NCBI GenBank assembly: GCA_951406725.2
Contig: OX597817.1
Location: 42,284,001-42,348,000 of the forward strand
DNA from: Octopus vulgaris
Taxonomy: Eukaryota
Direction of reading: 5' to 3'
Length of the DNA: 64,000 nucleotides
Under the pieces are notes generated by a model. That model saw only the letters and a program-made list of their open reading frames with translations. It ran no database searches and was not told where the DNA came from. Both the position numbers and the translations under genes were made by a program. This document shows, one piece after another, positions 40,663 to 54,484 of this stretch. Each line of letters starts with the position of its first letter. Positions within the stretch are counted from its first letter, which is position 1.

Positions 40663-40909
40663 ATATATATATATATATATATATATATACATGTGTGTGT
40701 GTATGTGTATGTTTGTGTGTCTGTGTTTCTCTCCCACCATCATTCGACTAGTGATGTTGGTGTGTTTACGTCCCCATAACTTAGCAGTTCGGCAAAAGAG
40801 ACAGACGGAATAAGTACTAAGTTTACAAAGAATAAGTCCTGGTGGGGGTCGATTTGTTTGCTCCAGCATGGCCATGGTCAAATCAGTGAAACAAGTAAAA
40901 GAGTGAAGA

Positions 40910-41135
40910 ACATGGAAATGCTACCAGTCGAAAGCTTTTACATACCAGAAGCCAGCAAGTGTATGGGGTCATCAGGAGAGAATGCGCACCATTTCAGCAC
41001 CTATCTCTCAACGGCATTATAGCACACCAGTCCCCGACCACCACCACCACCATCACCAATCCCAGTCCAGGATTCGAACTCACAACCTCACAATTGTAAG
41101 CTTGACGCTCTAACCACTGAGCTATGTGCCTTCAC
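40910..41135 (-). mobile_element. tRNA-headed SINE
   Basis: minus AGCTCAGTGGTTAGAGCG...GAGTTCGAATCC. Confidence 0.75.
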
Positions 41136-41223
41136 TGTGTTGTATACCAGTTTAATATTCCTTGTAGTCTTTTTATAATCCAAAAGATATGAATGTCTAC
41201 AGTTATTCTCAATATTTAAATTT

Positions 41224-41254
<31 letters not shown>

Positions 41255-41652
41255 CATATGTGCATGTATGTGTGCTTGTGTATGCATATATGTGTCTACC
41301 TTACGCATATATGTGTCTCCCTGCATGTATTTGTGTGTGTATGTGTCTGTTTATGCATGTGTATCTGTCCATATATACATGTGTGTAGATATTTATACAT
41401 GTGTGAGTGTGTGACAAACTCACATCCTGTCTCTTCTCTTTCTGTTTTTCCCTTTCTAAATATATTTTATGTGTTTATGTAAATGTGTGTGTGTGAGTGT
41501 GTGAATATATCTGTATGCATATGCATGTGTCAGCGTATATGTGAATGTGTATGTGCATGTAAATATGTGTATTCACACACACATATATATATAAAGATCT
41601 CTATTGATATTTTTAATTTTGCTCAGAATGTAGACACTTACTTCTTCTATAG

Positions 41653-41746
41653 CACAGGGATGAAACTGATAGGAACATTAATATCAAGAATAAGAAAACG
41701 ACTTCAAAGGAAAGAGGTATACAAGATGAAAACAGAAAGCTTAACA
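41653..41746 (+). other. candidate spliced exon
   Basis: acceptor CTTACTTCTTCTATAG, donor ACA|GTGAGT, open frame HRDETDRNINIKNKKTTSKERGIQDENRKLN; no recognisable homology. Confidence 0.3.
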
Positions 41747-42629
41747 GTGAGTTGTGCTGATTATTTTGCTTTCATACCAAATTCTAGAGGACTTCCTTCG
41801 TGTCTCATTGGTATTGAAGTGTAAACCAATAACAAGAAGTTAAACCTCAAGGGACACGTTCACACGAAGCACAATGCTTTGCAAGAAAATATATTCAGTT
41901 GGAGATAACAGGATGTGTATTCTGTATAGGAAGTGAAATTTAAAGCAGTATAGAATAAGAGTTATATATAAGATTTTTAGGTAATACGAGTGCTGTTGGT
42001 TTTATGATAGGTCATGAAGTAATTGAAAGGAATCCTTTAAAAACTGGTGAATGCACGAATCACAGCTTCGACATAGAACCAGAATATCTACAGAAAGCAC
42101 TTCAAGCACTCGATAAGATGTCATTGATTAGCTTTTGTGTTGTTTGCTTGAATTGCGAGAAATATTGGTTGCAAAATTTGGCACAAGGCCAGCAGTTTTG
42201 GAGAAGGGGATAAATCGATTACATTGACCCCCAGTGCTTAATTGGTACTTATTTTATTGATCCCTCAGTACTCAACTTGTACTTATTTCTATTTCTTTAC
42301 TACCCACAAGGGGCTAAACACAGAGAGGACAAACAAGGACAGACACATGGATTAAGTCGATTATATCAACCCCAGTGCATAACTGGTACTTATTTAATCG
42401 ATCCCAAGAGGATGAAAGGCAAAGTCGACCTCGGCTGCATTTGAACTCAAAGCATATAGATGGATTGAAATGCTGCTAAGTGTTTAATCTGCCAGCTCAC
42501 TGCCTTGTAATGCTAGAAATATTAGCTAACACTTTCATCAAATCACATTACACTGTTATAAATAAAGAAGGGCACTTTAAACATGTTTCTACATCGTCAT
42601 CACCATCAATCTCTTAACATCTATTTTCC

Positions 42630-42788
42630 ATACATTATTTATATTTGACGGATATTTGTCCTCATCTAGTTTGTTGTTAACACAACATTTCAGCTGATAT
42701 ACCCTCCAGCCTTCACCAGGTGTCTTGTAAATGTAAATAATGAAAATAACGTACATAATTCCTCATCTCTTAAATATAGAACTGTATT
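42630..42788 (-). mobile_element. short pLTR-like insertion with degenerate HHR (42679-42724) and 11-bp TSD
   Basis: minus GACAC CTGGTGA A GGCTG gagggtatat CAGCT GAAA TGT T GTGTT; TSD ATCTATTTTCC at 42619-42629 and 42789-42799. Confidence 0.6.
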
Positions 42789-43519
42789 ATCTATTTTCCG
42801 TGTTGGAATGAGTTGGATGGTCTGACAAGATTCAATGAGCTACAGGACTGAGTCAAACCCCAATGTCAGCTTTTGCATGGCTTGTATGACTGGATGCTCT
42901 TCCTAAATCAAACCACTTTATAGAACATACTGAATAGTTGACTTTGCTTTCCAACTTTTTAGGCTCAATAAATTAAGTACCAGTTGAGCTCTGAAGTTGA
43001 TGTAATCAACTAGGGTAAAAGGTAAAGACCCCTTTCAGTTATTAATGATCATAGGATAACAGCCAGAAAGTTACCCTTCAAGGTACAAGTCTGGGCAGGG
43101 TTGTTTATGGAAGACTAGCAGTCTCCCTAGCATACTAGTATCCCCTCTCCATGCTACCAGTGTTATCCAAGGGAAAGGCAAAGGCCGATACAACTTAGCA
43201 CCAGTGACATCGCAACTCATTTCTACAGCTGAGTGAACTGGAACAACATGAAATAAAGTGTCTCGCTCAAGAACACAACACACAGCCAAGTCCAGGAATT
43301 GAACTCACTACCTCATGATTGTGAGCCCAACACTCTAACCACTGAGCCATTTACCTTCTGTAATCAACTAGTCCCACTGAATTTCCAGTCTTGAACCTAT
43401 AGTAGAAAGAATTATTATCATTGTTGTTGTTGCTGTTTTCATCATTTATCTCACATTATTACAGTATTGACCAGGCCATCAGATGTTGTTATACATCACT
43501 GGTCACAATGAGCTTCCAA

Positions 43520-43935
43520 TTCTTATTTCTTTACTGCCCACAAGGGGCTATACACAGAGGGGACAAACAAGGACAGACAAACGGATTAAGTCGATTATAT
43601 CGACCCCAGTGCATAACTGGTACTTACTTAATCGACCCCGAAAGGATGGAAGGCAAAGTTGACCTCGGCAGAATTTGAACTCAGAACGTAAAGACAGACG
43701 AAATACCTATTTGTTTACTACTCACAAGGGGCTACACACAGAGGGGACAAACAAGGACAGAGACATGGATTAAGTCGATTACATCGACCCCAATGCGTAA
43801 CTGGTACTTATTTAATCGACCCTGAAAAGATTAAAGGCAAAGTCGACCTCGGCTGAATTTGAACTCAGAACGTAGTGGCAGACGAAATACCACTAAGCAT
43901 TTCTCCCGGCATGCTAACATTTCTGCCAGCTCGTT
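43520..43935 (-). mobile_element. family B SINE dimer
   Basis: same internal-restart junction as at 27372. Confidence 0.85.
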
Positions 43936-43989
43936 GCCCTCTTCTAATTTTGTCTTCATTGCACCATTCTTTTACATCTTGGTACTATT

Positions 43990-44215
43990 TACTTATCCAA
44001 ATCATCTTCCCCTCATCATGAAAGCCTTCTAGACGGCCTCTTCCAATCTCTTGGATAGCACTCTGCAACTGCATAGGTCCACCTGTTGTCTGTGAACCTT
44101 ACAACATGGCCAGCCCAGCAGAACTCGTATTTCTGTTATTCTGTGATCCCATCATTCACTCCATTCCATTCTTGAATAATCTCATTTCGAATACGCTTTC
44201 ATGTTATCTATCTCA
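43990..44215 (-). pseudogene. RTE-1-type LINE 3' RT fragment
   Basis: minus WAGHVVRFTDNRWTYAVAECYPRDWKRPSRR. Confidence 0.8.
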
Positions 44216-44614
44216 ATATTGAAAAAGAAAGAAAAAAGGCCGCCATAAAGGAATATTGATTTGGTCAGAATAGGTAGCAATAGTAAAAAGTTGTAAACTG
44301 TTGGTCAAAAATAATAGTGTTCTATGATTTACACCAATTTACAAATATGATGATCTAAGTAGTGACAACTATTGACTAAATAACAACAAACCACAGACAG
44401 TTCTACGTACTGCTGTTAGTCGGATGAATTTATTGAATGGAAATTATGAAGGAAAACAAGCGAATGAAAAGAAAAACAGAAACGAGTAACAAAGTTAATG
44501 TGTTATATTGTGAAGCAAACGAAGAAATATTGATGTTTTGGACAATTTGTGCTTTCTTAAGATAGGTAGGTTGAGAAGAAAGGAGAAAAAAGATATTTGC
44601 ATAAAGTAAATGTC

Positions 44615-44908
44615 TGTGTGTGCATGCATGCGTGTATGTGTGTGTATGTGTGTGTGTGTGTGCATGTGTGTACATGTGTGTGTGTGTGTGCCTCTGTGTA
44701 CATGTGTGTGTGTTTGTGCCTCTGTGTACATGTGTGCATGTGTGTGTGTGTGCGTCTGTACATGTATGTGTGTATGTGCCTCTGTGTACATGTGTGTGTG
44801 TATGCCTCTGTGTACATGTGTGTGTGTGTGTGCCTCTGTGTACATGTGTGTGTGTGTGCCACTGTGTACATGTGTGTGTGTGCCTCTGTGCACGTGTGTG
44901 TGTGTGTG
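44615..44908. repeat. (TG)n-derived minisatellite TGTGCCTCTGTGTACATG(TG)n
   Basis: about 7 units visible. Confidence 0.9.
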
Positions 44909-45444
44909 ATAAAGGCAGCATGCTAAACAATGCCAAAATGGAGTTGGGCAGAAATTTGTGGTTTCTAACAGAGAAGAGTATGATGATAGGAGAGAAAACA
45001 TTGATCAACGCATGGAAAGAGATAAGATAACAGACATACAAATAAGTAATTGGTATGTATATGCTATGTATGAGAGTGTGATGGGGTAGGAGAGAATTTT
45101 TATGGTGCGTGTGTGCGAGTGTAGGTAGGGATTAGTGGGGCATGTAGTTATGAAGTGCATCGATGTAGGTATGCAGCATGCATGTTTATGAGTGAGTGTA
45201 AGTGTAAGTATAAGTGGGACTGGAAGTAGTATAGGTAAGTACAAGGCACAGTGATATGGACATAGCCTGTGTGAAAGCAAAATGAAAGGGAGAAGAAGTG
45301 AAGGTAACGACCCAAGATGAAAATAGTTTTAGGTGGAAAACAAAGACTTGTGTATGTGTGAAAGGCCAGTGGAAGGGAGCAGGTGTGAATATGCAGACGT
45401 TTGTTTGAATTGAGGGCATAGATAAGAGAAAAGCTAATCAATAT

Positions 45445-45820
45445 AGGCACAGGTGTAACTGAGTGGTGAGTAACTTGCTTCCCAACCACATGGTTCTGGG
45501 TTCAGTTCCACTATGTGGCATCTTGGACAAGTGTTTCCTATTACAGTCTTGGGCCAACCAAAGCCTTATGAGTGATTTCATAGATGGAAACTGAGAGAAG
45601 CCCATTGAATGAGTGTGTGTGTGGGGGGGGGGGTTCCACCACCACTGCTTGACCACTGGTATTAATGTTTTCATGTCCCCATAACTTAGCAGTTTGGCAA
45701 AGGAGACCAATAGAATAAGTACCAGACTTATAAAAATGTACTGGGGTTGATTCATTCAACTAAAATTCCTCAAGGCAGTGCCCTAGCATGGCCACAGTCT
45801 AATGAGTAAAACAAAAGATG
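45445..45820 (+). mobile_element. SINE family A
   Basis: similarity to other copies. Confidence 0.8.
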
Positions 45821-45971
45821 AATGATAAATAAGATTAACACCTGATCGGGTAGCTGTCTCCAATCAGAAAATTAACTGTTGTTCTTGGAAGATCAAGGTA
45901 ACTGGATTACAGTGATGTTGTTGAAGAGAAGATGGCAAGATGTAGGAATGACCCACAGAACTGAAGAGTTA

Positions 45972-46203
45972 AGGCGGTGAGCTGGCAGATCCGTTAACAT
46001 GCCGGGTGAAATGCTTTGTGGTATTTCGTCTGCCGCTGCATTCTGAGTTCAAATTCCACCGAGGTTGACTTTACTTTTCATCCTTTCGGGGTCGATAAAT
46101 TAAGTACCAGTTGTGAATTGGGGTCGATGTAATCGACTTAATCCCTTTGTCTGTCCTCGTTTGTCCCCTCTATGTTTAGCCCCTTGTGGGCAATAAAAAA
46201 TAA
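45972..46203 (+). mobile_element. family B SINE with ~17-bp TSD
   Basis: AGAACTGAAGAGT(T/C)AAG on both sides. Confidence 0.85.
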
Positions 46204-46868
46204 GAACTGAAGAGTCAAGCAATAGTTTGAACACATCCTTTGCCATTCTGATGGTTATCCAGCAGATGCTCTCTAATTCCATCAGCTAACCTTTTACCGG
46301 TTTTCTTATATATTAAGCATGCAATCAGCATTTAAGGCAAACGGTTATGTTTTGGTGGAGCATGCATATAAAGTGGTCAAGGATTTGGAAAGTGAAGCTT
46401 ACACAATGTTGGGTAATAAAGGGTTGGCCAAAGACATGAGTGCTAAAATGGAACTAAAGCAAGTGAATTCCATCCTCTTACCCCACATCTTTCACAAATC
46501 TCCTGATTCACTGGTTCCTCAATATCTCCTCATCTCACCCCATTCACACTTACTCCGACTTATGATTCATGTGTCTCAGCTTCCTCTGTAGCTAAGACTC
46601 TGACATCCAAGCTAAATCCCACTAAATGATTCACTTGTTCTTTGACAGAGCTATCCTAAACTAGCCATCAACTAGCACTAACTACTGAATTTTCTTCTGC
46701 TCCCTTTCCTAAGCCCCCACCAGATTATCAGCTTTGTTCTCTTCCTCTTTACCATCTATTTTACCATCACCTGATCCCTTGAGTGCTCCATCATTTGTAA
46801 CTTACATTTCTTCCAATCCAACCCACATTTTCCTTGAACAAGCTCTCTTCTTCATATTCTTATACACT

Positions 46869-46907
<39 letters not shown>

Positions 46908-47082
46908 CATTTTGCTGTTACTTGCCCTGTTAATCCGCCAGTCATGCATACATATTATCAAACTCTCTCCTAACCACACACATACAAGCATAAATACAAA
47001 CGTATATACATGCGTACATGTACTTATACGTACACACATACATATATACATGAAAGCATACATGCATATATATATATATATA

Positions 47083-47394
47083 TGTGTCCTCCTGGGGCTA
47101 AAAACTACAGTAGCATCCACCCTTAGGGGTTAGCCATATTGAAATGGCAAAAAAATCTAATTCTCGGCGACAACTATGATTGTCACACGCTGACGAGCGG
47201 TCAATACCTCGAAACTCGAGTCCGTGTGTATCATAAGTTGAAGACGGGAAGGATGACTTCCCTTTGCAAATACTGACAGGACACAGATAGTGTGTCTATG
47301 GCCAGCTGGAGGAGTGTGTCCTCCTGGGGCTAAAAACTACAGTAGCATCCACCCTTAGGGGTTAGCCATATTGAAATGGCAAAAATACGTCACG
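47083..47394 (+). mobile_element. retrozyme-like element: 232-bp unit, 1.3 copies, within (TA)n
   Basis: 71-bp identical direct repeats starting at 47083 and 47315; central HHR; multiple hairpins; TA repeats on both sides. Confidence 0.85.
47171..47240 (+). ncRNA. type I hammerhead ribozyme, predicted cleavage after GTC at 47222
   Basis: CACACG CTGACGA GCGG tcaata CCTC GAAA CTCGAG TC CGTGTG; palindromic stem III ACTCGAGT; stem I extension CAACTATGAT/ATCATAAGTTG. Confidence 0.9.
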
Positions 47395-48845
47395 ATATAT
47401 ATATATATATATACACATAAATGTATTTGTGCATGCATACAAACTTACTCTCTGCTAACCATTCTATTTCTTTACTATGCATAACTGATGTTCACTCACT
47501 GCCTGTCACTCTCCTCTTCCATTCCAGTAACCATTATCCTCTGCTTATTTCAATTTCAACATTGTTTACTATGCTTTTTTCCCCAAGAAATTTTCTTTTC
47601 TTTCAGCCAATTTTGACAAAGGACATATTGCCCAAAATATTAATATCACTTTCTTTTCTCCATCTTGTAATACACTAACTTTACAACCATTTTACTTTTT
47701 TTTATTATTTATATGTTTATTTTTTCTTTTGCCTTTTGCTTGTTTCAGTCATTAGACTGCAGCCATGCTGGGGCACGACCTTGAAGAGTTTAGCCATACA
47801 AATCAAACCCCTATACTCTTTTTTCCATTTCAAGTCTGGTACTTATTCTATCAGTCGCTTTTGCCAAACCTGTGTGCTATAGGGATATTAACAAACCAAC
47901 ACCAGTTGTCAAGCAGTGAGGAGGAACAAACACAAGCACAAAGGCACACATACACATATATAAATATATTTATATGACAGGTTTCCACACAGTTTCCATC
48001 AGATTCACTCACAAGGCATTTGTCAGCCTGGGGTTTTAGTCCTTGCACACAGGCATGTCCTCCTGCATTCTTATTCAGCTGAGCATTCCTAATCTTGTGG
48101 GTTTGTGGTGTGCCAGTGCCGCATAAAAAGCACCCATGCCGGTGCCACGTAAAATCACCCAATACATTCTGTAAAGTGGTTGGCATTAGGAAGGGTATTC
48201 AGCCATAGAGACCACGACAAAACAGACATGGAGTCTGGGCAGCTCTCCAGCTGACCAGCTCCTGTCAAACCATCCAACCCATGCCAGCATGGAAAACAGA
48301 TGTTAAAGGATGATAACGATGATAGAGGTGGTGGTAGTGGTGGTCGTCGTCGTCGTCGTTGTAGTCATTGTCGTTGTCATTGTCATTGTCGTCGTCGTCA
48401 CCATGATGATGACGACGACGATAATAATGATGAGAATGAGGCAGACTAAAGACCAAATTCCTTAGAGACTGGATTTCTTAAATATCTTGAAACACTTATA
48501 GTGTCTTAGAAGACATAATCTCTACATGTGGATCATCATCATCATCATCATCGTTTAACATCTGCTTTCCATGCTAGCATGGGTTGGACAATTTGACTGA
48601 AGTCTGGCAAACCAGATGGCTGCACCAGACTCCAATCTGATCTGGCATTCTACAGCTGGATGCCCTTCCTAACGCTAATCACTCTGAGAGTGTAGTGGGT
48701 GCTTTTACATGCCACTGGCCCAAGGGCCAGTCAGGCGGTACTGGCAATGGCCATGCTCAAATGGTGCTTTTTATGTACCACCTGCACAGGAGCCAGTCAG
48801 TCAGCGGCACTGGCAACATCCTCGCTCCAAGTATTTGGAACTTAC

Positions 48846-48906
48846 CACATCAGAGTAGATGCAGATATCTTACCTTTTGGTGAAAATGAATACACAGTTA
48901 ATTTAC
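48846..48906 (-). other. candidate small spliced exon (33 or 61 nt)
   Basis: minus acceptor (TTTC)n...TTCCTGTTCAG; donors AAG|GTAAGA (48874) and GTG|GTAAGT (48846); open frame GKLTVYSFSPK. Confidence 0.35.
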
Positions 48907-49085
48907 CTGAACAGGAAGTTACAAAGAAAGAAAGAAAGAAATTACAGTGTTGACCTTAAAATATGTCATTTGACTAAACATTTTGTTTTTACTTCGTCTC
49001 ATACTGTGAAGACTCTTCTTACAAAATATGCATTTATAAAATTCAGGAAAATTTCAAGAAATATATACAAAGATTTCAGAAAGCA

Positions 49086-49603
<518 letters not shown>

Positions 49604-49639
49604 ATTTTTTTCATTTTCATATCAAGCCGTCTTTGCTCT

Positions 49640-50125
49640 TTAACCCTCTCGATACCAATCACCTGAGACCTGCACGGATTCTGATACAAAGTTTTCCTGT
49701 TTTAAAGTTTTTATATTCAAATTAAAACACTGCATTAGCATAACTTCATGTAAGAAATGTTTTGTTTATCTTTTTATAAATGATATTCCAAACAACAGTT
49801 TAGTATAGAAATAAGTGTAAAAGCAAATGTCAGTGGCTTCTTGATTCTTTTTAAAATTAACATGAACACAAAGCTGCATTTCATTATGAATATAGCCATG
49901 AAAGAGTAAAAGCAATGGGTAAAGCAGAGACCCTTTCATCACTATATTTCTGCTGCAATATACAGACTTTGTTTCAGTTATTTTTGGAAATACTGAAATA
50001 AAATAAATATATCATTATTAAGCTGTTGTTCAGAACATAAATTAGCATGAAATTTTGATGCAAATGTTTTAATTCAAATCACTAAAACAGAGAGTTTGTA
50101 TCATAGAATCAGGAGTGGTTCCAGG
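49640..50125. mobile_element. possible piggyBac-type MITE, partial
   Basis: starts TTAA-CCCTCTCGATACC; other end not intact. Confidence 0.35.
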
Positions 50126-50524
50126 CATCCTGTGGAGTCAGGTGCTAGCAGAAACATTAGCACGCCGGGCAAAATGCTTAGTGATAGTTCGTCTGTCTTT
50201 ACTTTCTGAGGTCAAATTCCACCGAGGTCAACTTTGCCTTTTATCCTTTCAGGGTCAATAAATTGAGTACCAGTTGCATACTGGAGTCAATCTAATCAAC
50301 TGGGCCCCCTCTGCAAAAATTTCGTGCCTTGTGCCTAAATATCAAAAATTGTCAAAGTGTAGTACAATGGTTTTGCTATGGAATGGTGGAACTATTTTTT
50401 CTGTTTTTGAAAAAGCAACATTTTGGACTTACAACACTTTTGCATAATAGCAACAATATCATCATCATCATCATCATCATCGTATCTTTTAAAAATCAGT
50501 TTGTGGGCAAAGACATGATTTTAT

Positions 50525-50905
50525 AGGCACAGGCATGGCTGTGTAGCAAGAAGCTAGCTTCCCAATCACATGGTCCCAGGTTCAGTCTCACTGCATGGCA
50601 CCTTGGACAAGTGTCTTCTACTACAGCCATCAGTTGACCAAAGCTTTCTGAGTGGATTTGGTAGATGGAAACTGAAGAATGCCCATTATGTGTGTGTGTA
50701 TGTATCTTCATGTCTGTGTGTGGTATTGATGTGTTTACAACCCTGTAATCTGGCAGCTTGGCAAAAGAGACCATTAGAATAAGTACCAGGCTTAACAAAT
50801 AATAAGTATTGGGGGGGGGAGTTGTTTCATTTGACTAAAATTTCTTCAAGACAGTACTCCAGCATGGACTCAATCAAATGAATGAAACAAGTAAATTATA
50901 AAAGA
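50525..50905 (+). mobile_element. SINE family A
   Basis: similarity to other copies. Confidence 0.8.
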
Positions 50906-51093
50906 TCCAGTATTTCATTAGCTGTTTATGGTTGGAGGAGGCTAACTGCAGGTCAACAACCTCATAATCAATTTTAGTTAAGTGCTGCATATCAAGCTAG
51001 CATTTTCTAAATTGACCGTTACATACCAAGCAATTTGCAACAGTCAGAAAATAATTTTTTTATGTATTTCATTTCCTTTTATTTTATTATAAT

Positions 51094-51127
<34 letters not shown>

Positions 51128-51277
51128 ATGTGTGTGTGTGTATGCATGTATGTATGCACGCATGTATGCATATATGTATGTATGTATGTAAGTATATATA
51201 TGTATGTAAGTATATATATGTATGTAAGTATATATATGTATATGTACTTAAGTATATGCATATATATGTATATATGT

Positions 51278-51308
<31 letters not shown>

Positions 51309-52039
51309 CTGCCCATTATTTTAGCTCTAATTATATAGAGAAAAACCGATTTCATTTTTGAGTGAAGCCATCATGGCTATATTTATTTAAAATTACACTT
51401 TCTACAAGAAATTTTTAAAAAATAGCATGGAAGTAGTTTTAAGATTGTTCTCACCTTTTGTCAGTTCCTCATCTAAAATAGGAGACTTACTTAATTCTCA
51501 GAAGAACTGTCATTTTTAGAAGACAGATCCTATCATTGATTCCAATTATTTCTGAATTGGTCTTGCCATCTATTTATGTTTTGTGGTAACTGAAAATATA
51601 TTTAACATAAAAACAGGATATTTCTCTCAGATGTCAGATTATGAAAGATAATAGTTTTTAAAAAGGCACAAGGCCATAGATTCAAAGGAAAAAAAAGATT
51701 GTGTGATGTTTAAACCTTTCTTGGGAGACTTAGTAACGTAAATAAAATTATAATTGCTATAAATGGCAATGGATACCAAGTCTTGGCTTCAGATTACATA
51801 CTTTCACTCTATGACACCATCCTAAAATAAACCAATGAAGGAGTTAATACATGACAGTCCAACTTCTTGGAAATAGCTGCCAAATCTCCCTCAAATCACA
51901 CCCAATCTTAGAAATAAATAGAAATAGTTCTTGATACTCTGTTTAGAAAAAAGGTAGGATGGTCATAACTGGAAACATTTTAATTATATTTGTTTGAGTT
52001 AAATAATGACAGCAGCTAATAAATATTTTGTAATATGGA

Positions 52040-52695
52040 TGTAGCCAGCCCACTTATGCATACTTTTCCTTCTTTGGACATGAAACTCTGCTTGCGAAGA
52101 CCTGTTGAGGCAAGTGATATTGAAATTGAATTCGAAATCGAACCAAATTTGAGGACTGGCACCCATGCCAACTTCCCTTCATTGGACACTAAACTCTGCT
52201 TGTGAAGATCCGTTGGGACAAGTGAAATTGAAATTGAACCAAATTCGATGACTGGCACCTGTGCCAGTGGAGCGCTAACAGCTCCATCCAAGTGGGATCA
52301 CTGCCAGAGCAGCTGTCTGGCTTCTGTGCCGTTGGGCACGTAAAAAGCACCATTTGAGCATGATCGTTACCAGCGTCGCCTTACTGGCACGTGAACACAA
52401 CATTCGAGCGTGGTCATTGCCAGTGTCACTGAACTGACTCCTGTGCAGGTGGTACATAAAAAACACCATTTTCAAGCGTGGCCATTGCCAGTACTGCCTG
52501 ACTGGCCCTTGTGACGGTGGCACATAAAAGCACCCACTACACTCTCATAGTGGTTGGCGTTAGGAAGGGCATCTAGCTGTAGAAACTCTGCCAGATCAGA
52601 TTGGTGCCTGGCACAGCCATCTGGTTCGCCAGTCCTCTGTCAAATCGTTTGGAAAGCATGGAAAGCAGACGTTAAACGATGATGATGATGATGAT
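52040..52695 (+). mobile_element. long family C element with internal duplications and (GAT)n tail
   Basis: duplicated ~120-bp block, GCACGTAAAAAGCACC subrepeats, RTE-type 3' end. Confidence 0.8.
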
Positions 52696-53146
52696 TGTAG
52701 ACATTACATTCATCTTTACATTCTGAGTTCAAATTCTACTAAGGTTGACTTTGCCTGTGATCCTTTTGGGGTCGATAAAATAAGCACCAGTTGAACACTG
52801 GGACAAGTGTAATTGACCTACCTGCTCCCAAAAATTACTGGTTTTGTGCTGAAATTTTAAACCAATAATATTGTAGGCATTAATTTTTCAAAAATAATTT
52901 GATGCTCTCTTTAATTATATTAAAGTAATCAACAACTTTGAGTATTGTTTTATACTAATCATTGAAATCCTAATAGTAAAATAATTTTATTTTCAATGTT
53001 GCAGCATTAGAAGAGTTAATTCTTTAGAGAGTTCTGGATTCTATCACATCCACACTTTGATGGCATCAAGTTTTGTGAACAACATCTCTATAAGGAAGCG
53101 CCAAATTTTTAGCCTGAAGCAATTCAATCAGGTTTCAAATCCTGTC

Positions 53147-53295
53147 TTGTGACTTTTGCTGTAATTACAGTCTTGTGACTGCAACTGCATCAAGAATCTT
53201 GTGATCGCAACTGTAATTGCAGTTTAGTGACGACAACAACAGCAATATCACTCATGTGATGGCAACAGTAACAGCAGTCAGGTGACTTCAATAGT
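53147..53295. repeat. degenerate ~26-bp minisatellite, about 6 units
   Basis: CTTGTGAnnGCAACTGTAATTGCAGT-like units. Confidence 0.7.
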
Positions 53296-53568
53296 TCAGA
53301 AAAGTGTGTGCATGCACCTGATGTGGCCTTTTTTTCTTTTTATGACATCATGTGCAGTAAACACAGTAATTTTTCTTTTAAGTGCTAAGTCCATCTAAGG
53401 AAAGGACAAACTAATCTTAGAACATGCATCACTTTTTTTACTCAACAAATTCTTGATGAATAAATAAGATTTTCTATTAATCAAAATTCTCTTTGTTGCT
53501 TTCTCTCACAGCATTTCTATCATTCTTTACCTAATACTTATTTTCTTAGTGTATTTTCTATCATTCCT

Positions 53569-53694
<126 letters not shown>

Positions 53695-54027
53695 TCTATT
53701 TCACAACACATTTCTTACATTTTTCTGGTTATCAGTAAGCATGTCTTTCTTCTTATTTATATATATGTTTGCTATACTTAATAATGCAAGTTACAAATTT
53801 GTTGTGAAAATGCTGTAGGTTTCCCATTTCATCTGCTTCAGAATCAGATATTAACTCTTGGAATTTATAAATAAATAGATGCAATATTTCAAAGTGTATT
53901 TTCATGTTCATGTGTCTATGAAAGAGGCTGAGCAAGGAACCAAAGATGAAGGAAATGGAGTTCATTGACTGGGACTATATGTATATGTATGTACGTATGT
54001 GTGTGTGTGTGTATACATACATATATA

Positions 54028-54385
54028 TCATCATCGTTTAGCGTCCGCTTTCCATGCTAACATGGGTTGGACGGTTCAACTGGGGTCTGGGAAGCCAGAA
54101 GGCTGCACCAGGCCCAGTTTGATCTGGCAATGTTTCTACGGCTGGATGCCCTTCCTAACGCCAACCACTAGTGGATGCTTTTTACGTGCCACCGGCACAG
54201 GTGCCAGACGAGTCTGGCAAACGGCCACGATCGGATGGTGCTTTTTATGTGCCACCAGCACGGGGGCCAGGCGAGGCTGGCAACGGCGACGAACGGAAGG
54301 TGCTTTTTACGTGCCTTAGGCACGAGGCCAGTCGGGGTGGCGCTGGCAAAGGCCACGAACGGATGGTACTTTTTACGTGCCACTA
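54028..54385 (-). mobile_element. young (CpG-rich) family C element
   Basis: similarity to other copies; ~60-bp internal subrepeats. Confidence 0.85.
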
Positions 54386-54432
54386 TATATATTTATATAT
54401 ATATATCGTCATGATCATCATCTTCATCATCA

Positions 54433-54484
<52 letters not shown>

